Below are positions 61,076 to 64,000 of a stretch of DNA of 64,000 nt, in pieces. Origin of the DNA: Promethearchaeota archaeon (lineage in GTDB: Archaea; Asgardarchaeota; Lokiarchaeia; Sigyniarchaeales; SOKP01). Under the pieces are notes generated by a model, which was not told where the DNA came from, made no database searches, and worked only from the letters and a program-made list of their open reading frames with translations. The position numbers and the translations under genes were made by a program. The stretch covers positions 1 to 64,000 of the forward strand of contig JAHPZI010000008.1 in assembly GCA_019058295.1 (NCBI GenBank), in the 5' to 3' direction. The stretch's first letter is position 1, and every line of letters begins with the position of its first letter.

Positions 61076-61333
61076 CTTACTTCAGAAATTTAATTGATAA
61101 AGATCTTTTATTTATTTATTTTTTTTTTTCATATATTAATGATTTGTAGTCTAATTTTTGATTTTTTATGCAAGTATATTCTTTTTGATAATATCTTCCT
61201 ATTTAATAAATGTGTTAGTAATCTATATATAATAATTGACTCATATAAATATGACTTCCAGACGAGTATTTTATTCATCATAATTATTTTACATCCAAGT
61301 CAAAGCTTTTAATAAAACAAACATAATAAGATA

Positions 61334-62155
61334 ATGATGAAATTAAGTATTGTTTCTGGATTGAAAGAATCCAAGAGCAATCAAGAGAAAATCAATGAAA
61401 GATTCAAAAATTTATGTGAATTGTTAAAACCCCTTAATTTTGAGGGCATTGAACTCAGCTTATTAGAACCAGAAAAGATTGATGTTAATAAACTAATTGA
61501 AATTAAAGATTCTTATAACATGGAGATTCCTGCACTAGGAACAGGTAGCACCTATCTCCGTTTTGGTTATTCCCTAGGGCATGTAGAAGAAAACATGCGA
61601 TTAAAAGCTATTGAAAGGCTTGAAAAATATATTAATCTTGCTCGAGAATTACAGTCAAAAGTAATCATTGGCTTAATTAGAGGGCGTTTTAGTTGTCAAA
61701 GTAGTCCTAAAAAAGAAAAATTGAATATTTTACATTCACTAAAAGAATGTTGTAGAATCGCAGAAAATAATAATGTGGAATTGTTATTTGAACCGATTAA
61801 CAGGTTTGAAATAGATTCTTACAACACAATTTCAGAATCAATGGAATTATTAGAAGAAATTGGGTCAGACAACTTAAAACTATTAATCGATTCATTTCAC
61901 ACTTATTTAGAAGAAGATCCGATTTTTATTTGGGAAGATATGAACGATATCGTTCCATACGTTGCTCATCTACATTTAGCAGATGATAATAGACGGGCTC
62001 CAGGGACAGGCCATTTTGATTTTAAATCATTCTTAAATATCTTTAAAGAATCTGGATTTAAAGGTTTTGCGTCAATTGAATCGATAATGAAGCCTTCTTT
62101 TGAAGATGTGGCTAAGGAATCATCAGAATATTTAAAAATGATTTTATCATTATAG
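61334..62155 (+). CDS. Sugar phosphate isomerase/epimerase (xylose-isomerase-like TIM barrel)
   Basis: FEGIEL, FEPINRFE, DSFH, HLHLAD, RRAPGTGHFDF. Confidence 0.9.
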   Translation: MMKLSIVSGLKESKSNQEKINERFKNLCELLKPLNFEGIELSLLEPEKIDVNKLIEIKDSYNMEIPALGTGSTYLRFGYSLGHVEENMRLKAIERLEKYINLARELQSKVIIGLIRGRFSCQSSPKKEKLNILHSLKECCRIAENNNVELLFEPINRFEIDSYNTISESMELLEEIGSDNLKLLIDSFHTYLEEDPIFIWEDMNDIVPYVAHLHLADDNRRAPGTGHFDFKSFLNIFKESGFKGFASIESIMKPSFEDVAKESSEYLKMILSL

Positions 62156-62214
62156 ATTTTGAATACCAATTTGGAAAGAGAGATAAAAATATATTAGTCT
62201 TTTGAACCGTTATC

Positions 62215-62556
62215 CTATTGATTATGGTTCTCTGAATCATCTTCTAATAAACATGCTTCCTCATCAAATTCAAGAGCACACTTTTCATTATATCTTACAA
62301 TATAATAAATAACCAATCCAATAAAACTAGTAAAAAATACAATCGGAACATATTTATATCCAGTAAGCTGCTTTTTTTTTATATCCTTATAGGTCCAAAA
62401 TGCTAATAATGAACTAACAATGAACCAAGCGATAATAATAATTATAATGAATAGAAGCGTATTTCCGTATCCCATTATAGTATTATAAGGATTATTTTCG
62501 GGGTAATCTGGCTCAGGATAATCTTGAAATATTTTAGAAATTATAAACCTAAACAT
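62215..62556 (-). CDS. Small 2-TM membrane protein, paralog of 21439..21780
   Basis: GNTLLFIIIII.W...WTYKD...IGLVIY. Confidence 0.65.
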   Translation of the reverse strand: MFRFIISKIFQDYPEPDYPENNPYNTIMGYGNTLLFIIIIIIAWFIVSSLLAFWTYKDIKKKQLTGYKYVPIVFFTSFIGLVIYYIVRYNEKCALEFDEEACLLEDDSENHNQ

Positions 62557-62687
62557 ATTAAGTAATATATTAGATAACTCTAAAAAAAGATATTATTAAT
62601 AAAAAATAATAACTAAAGATTTTCTGGTTAATGAATTATTAAATCAACTTGTATTATAATTTATCATCCTAAAAAAAAAGATTTTAT

Positions 62688-63887
62688 TTAAGTAGGTTTT
62701 TTTTCCTTCAGAAAAAACGCCATAATTAATAGAATCACAAGTAATATTGCTTGCAATAGTAATGCTGGTAAATAATCACCACCAATTGTAAAACCTTCTA
62801 AGCCTAGGATAAATATAATACCTCCGACTTGTCCGATCATCATGAGAGCTCCACTCGAGGTTGCTTCTGGAACGGGATGTGTAAGATCTACAGCATATTC
62901 TAATGCAACGGGTGCTGCAGAAAGCAAACCAAATCCAAAGCAAAACGCAAGGATAAGTAATAGAGTTCCATCTCGCGAAAATGCTATACCAAATAATGAA
63001 ATCGCAGCGATTATGACTGATATTATTATTAGAGGTTTATATTTATGGTATTTATCAGATATTGTGGACATTACTATGCATCCTATTATTCCACCAAATA
63101 GCATTAAACCTCCAAATAATCCTGCGAAAATAGAATTAAAACCTCTTGGAATTAAAATCACCTCAACATAAGTCGCAATCATGTTAAAAATACCGAGTCC
63201 TAAGAAAAACATAATAAATAGTATAAGAAAATATTTGTTTTTGAACAGCTGTTTCATTCCTTCTCCCATCATTACTTTTTCTCGTGTCCGATCAGTTGAA
63301 GGTGGTGTGGGAGGTTCGTTTTTTGCGAACACAAAAAATAAACCTGCTGAAATTACGCTTAATAAACCATAGATGAGTATCATCGTTTGAAAATTAATCC
63401 CTTCAACGATAAAAGGTGTAATAACTAAACCCAATGCAATGCCAAAAAACTGCGCAACCATGGCAAGTCCAGCAGCGCTGGTTCGTTCATCTGCAGGAAA
63501 CCAATTTGCAGGTAATTTTGTTATACTATTTAAAATGAAGGGTTGACCAAAAGCGATTCCGATTGTAAATATTAAAGCAAGCATGAAATTTGTCCCAGCA
63601 AAAAAACGAAATAATCCAAAAATCCCTGCTATTATTGCTCCAACTCCAGTCCCGATTTTAAAATCGTATTTATCAATGACCCATGATGCAAGAAAAGTTA
63701 CGGGAATATAGACTATCATGAACGTTGCTGAAAGGAGAAAAATCATCAGTTCTTCTACACCATAAAATGCAGTTGCATGAGAAGTTACTGAAGCGTAGCT
63801 TATCCAGAGTATTTGAGTTGTTATATTTACGAACATGAATAATAGTAGAACAATCCATCTGTATCCATAAACTTTAATTTCACTCAT
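62688..63887 (-). CDS. MFS transporter, FLVCR/SLC49-like
   Basis: KVYGYRWIVL, WFPADER, PPTPPS, PVPEATSSG. Confidence 0.85.
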   Translation of the reverse strand: MSEIKVYGYRWIVLLLFMFVNITTQILWISYASVTSHATAFYGVEELMIFLLSATFMIVYIPVTFLASWVIDKYDFKIGTGVGAIIAGIFGLFRFFAGTNFMLALIFTIGIAFGQPFILNSITKLPANWFPADERTSAAGLAMVAQFFGIALGLVITPFIVEGINFQTMILIYGLLSVISAGLFFVFAKNEPPTPPSTDRTREKVMMGEGMKQLFKNKYFLILFIMFFLGLGIFNMIATYVEVILIPRGFNSIFAGLFGGLMLFGGIIGCIVMSTISDKYHKYKPLIIISVIIAAISLFGIAFSRDGTLLLILAFCFGFGLLSAAPVALEYAVDLTHPVPEATSSGALMMIGQVGGIIFILGLEGFTIGGDYLPALLLQAILLVILLIMAFFLKEKKPT

Positions 63888-64000
63888 ACAATCACTTAAA
63901 ATTTATTTAATTTAAATTTTTAAAGATGTTTATAATCTAATATTAAGTTGCATTAGAATTAAAACCAAACTATTAGGAAGCTCAAACGAAAAATTATTAT

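Noticed and set aside
61094-61312. 72-aa ORF in a divergent intergenic region
   Set aside because: Low-complexity T-rich sequence with TTG start; more likely promoter DNA
663-63858. Numerous short ORFs in the track that overlap longer genes (e.g. 663..848, 2848..3153, 7858..8196, 19129..19527, 29891..30256, 31871..32278, 37330..37716, 62842..63171)
   Set aside because: Antisense or alternate-frame shadows of well-supported genes; no motifs or SD
1-64000. CRISPR arrays, rRNA, transposases, integrases, provirus
   Set aside because: No spaced repeat array or diagnostic sequence was seen; the tRNA 3' ends are not visibly duplicated in the window

Overview
AT-rich archaeal chromosomal segment. 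It is very likely from an Asgard archaeon (Lokiarchaeia-like), inferred from the archaeal TFB, archaeal ThyA, tRNAs with bulge-helix-bulge (BHB) introns, and several longin/roadblock and small GTPase proteins. Contents in order: a grpE-dnaK-dnaJ-tfb heat-shock operon with a palindromic operator; metabolic and transport genes; an arsenic locus (arsR / acr3 / arsM fused to a Cys-rich domain / beta-grasp protein ending Gly-Cys-TGA-TGA with a SECIS-like hairpin downstream); a four-gene operon (inactive AAA+ protein, Smc5/6-like SMC, kleisin, Kite-like protein); a TylF methyltransferase bracketed by direct repeats; an atypical small GTPase with a coupled partner; an ATP-grasp ligase followed by an unannotated 45-aa Lys-rich peptide; AOR/ADH and lipid-related genes; two divergent tRNAs with non-canonical introns; and a roadblock cluster with a large receptor-like membrane protein carrying a cytoplasmic longin-like domain. 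Several genes appear to start at ATT/ATA. No CRISPR array, rRNA, transposase or integrase was seen. All family assignments come from motif recognition by eye; no database searches were run.
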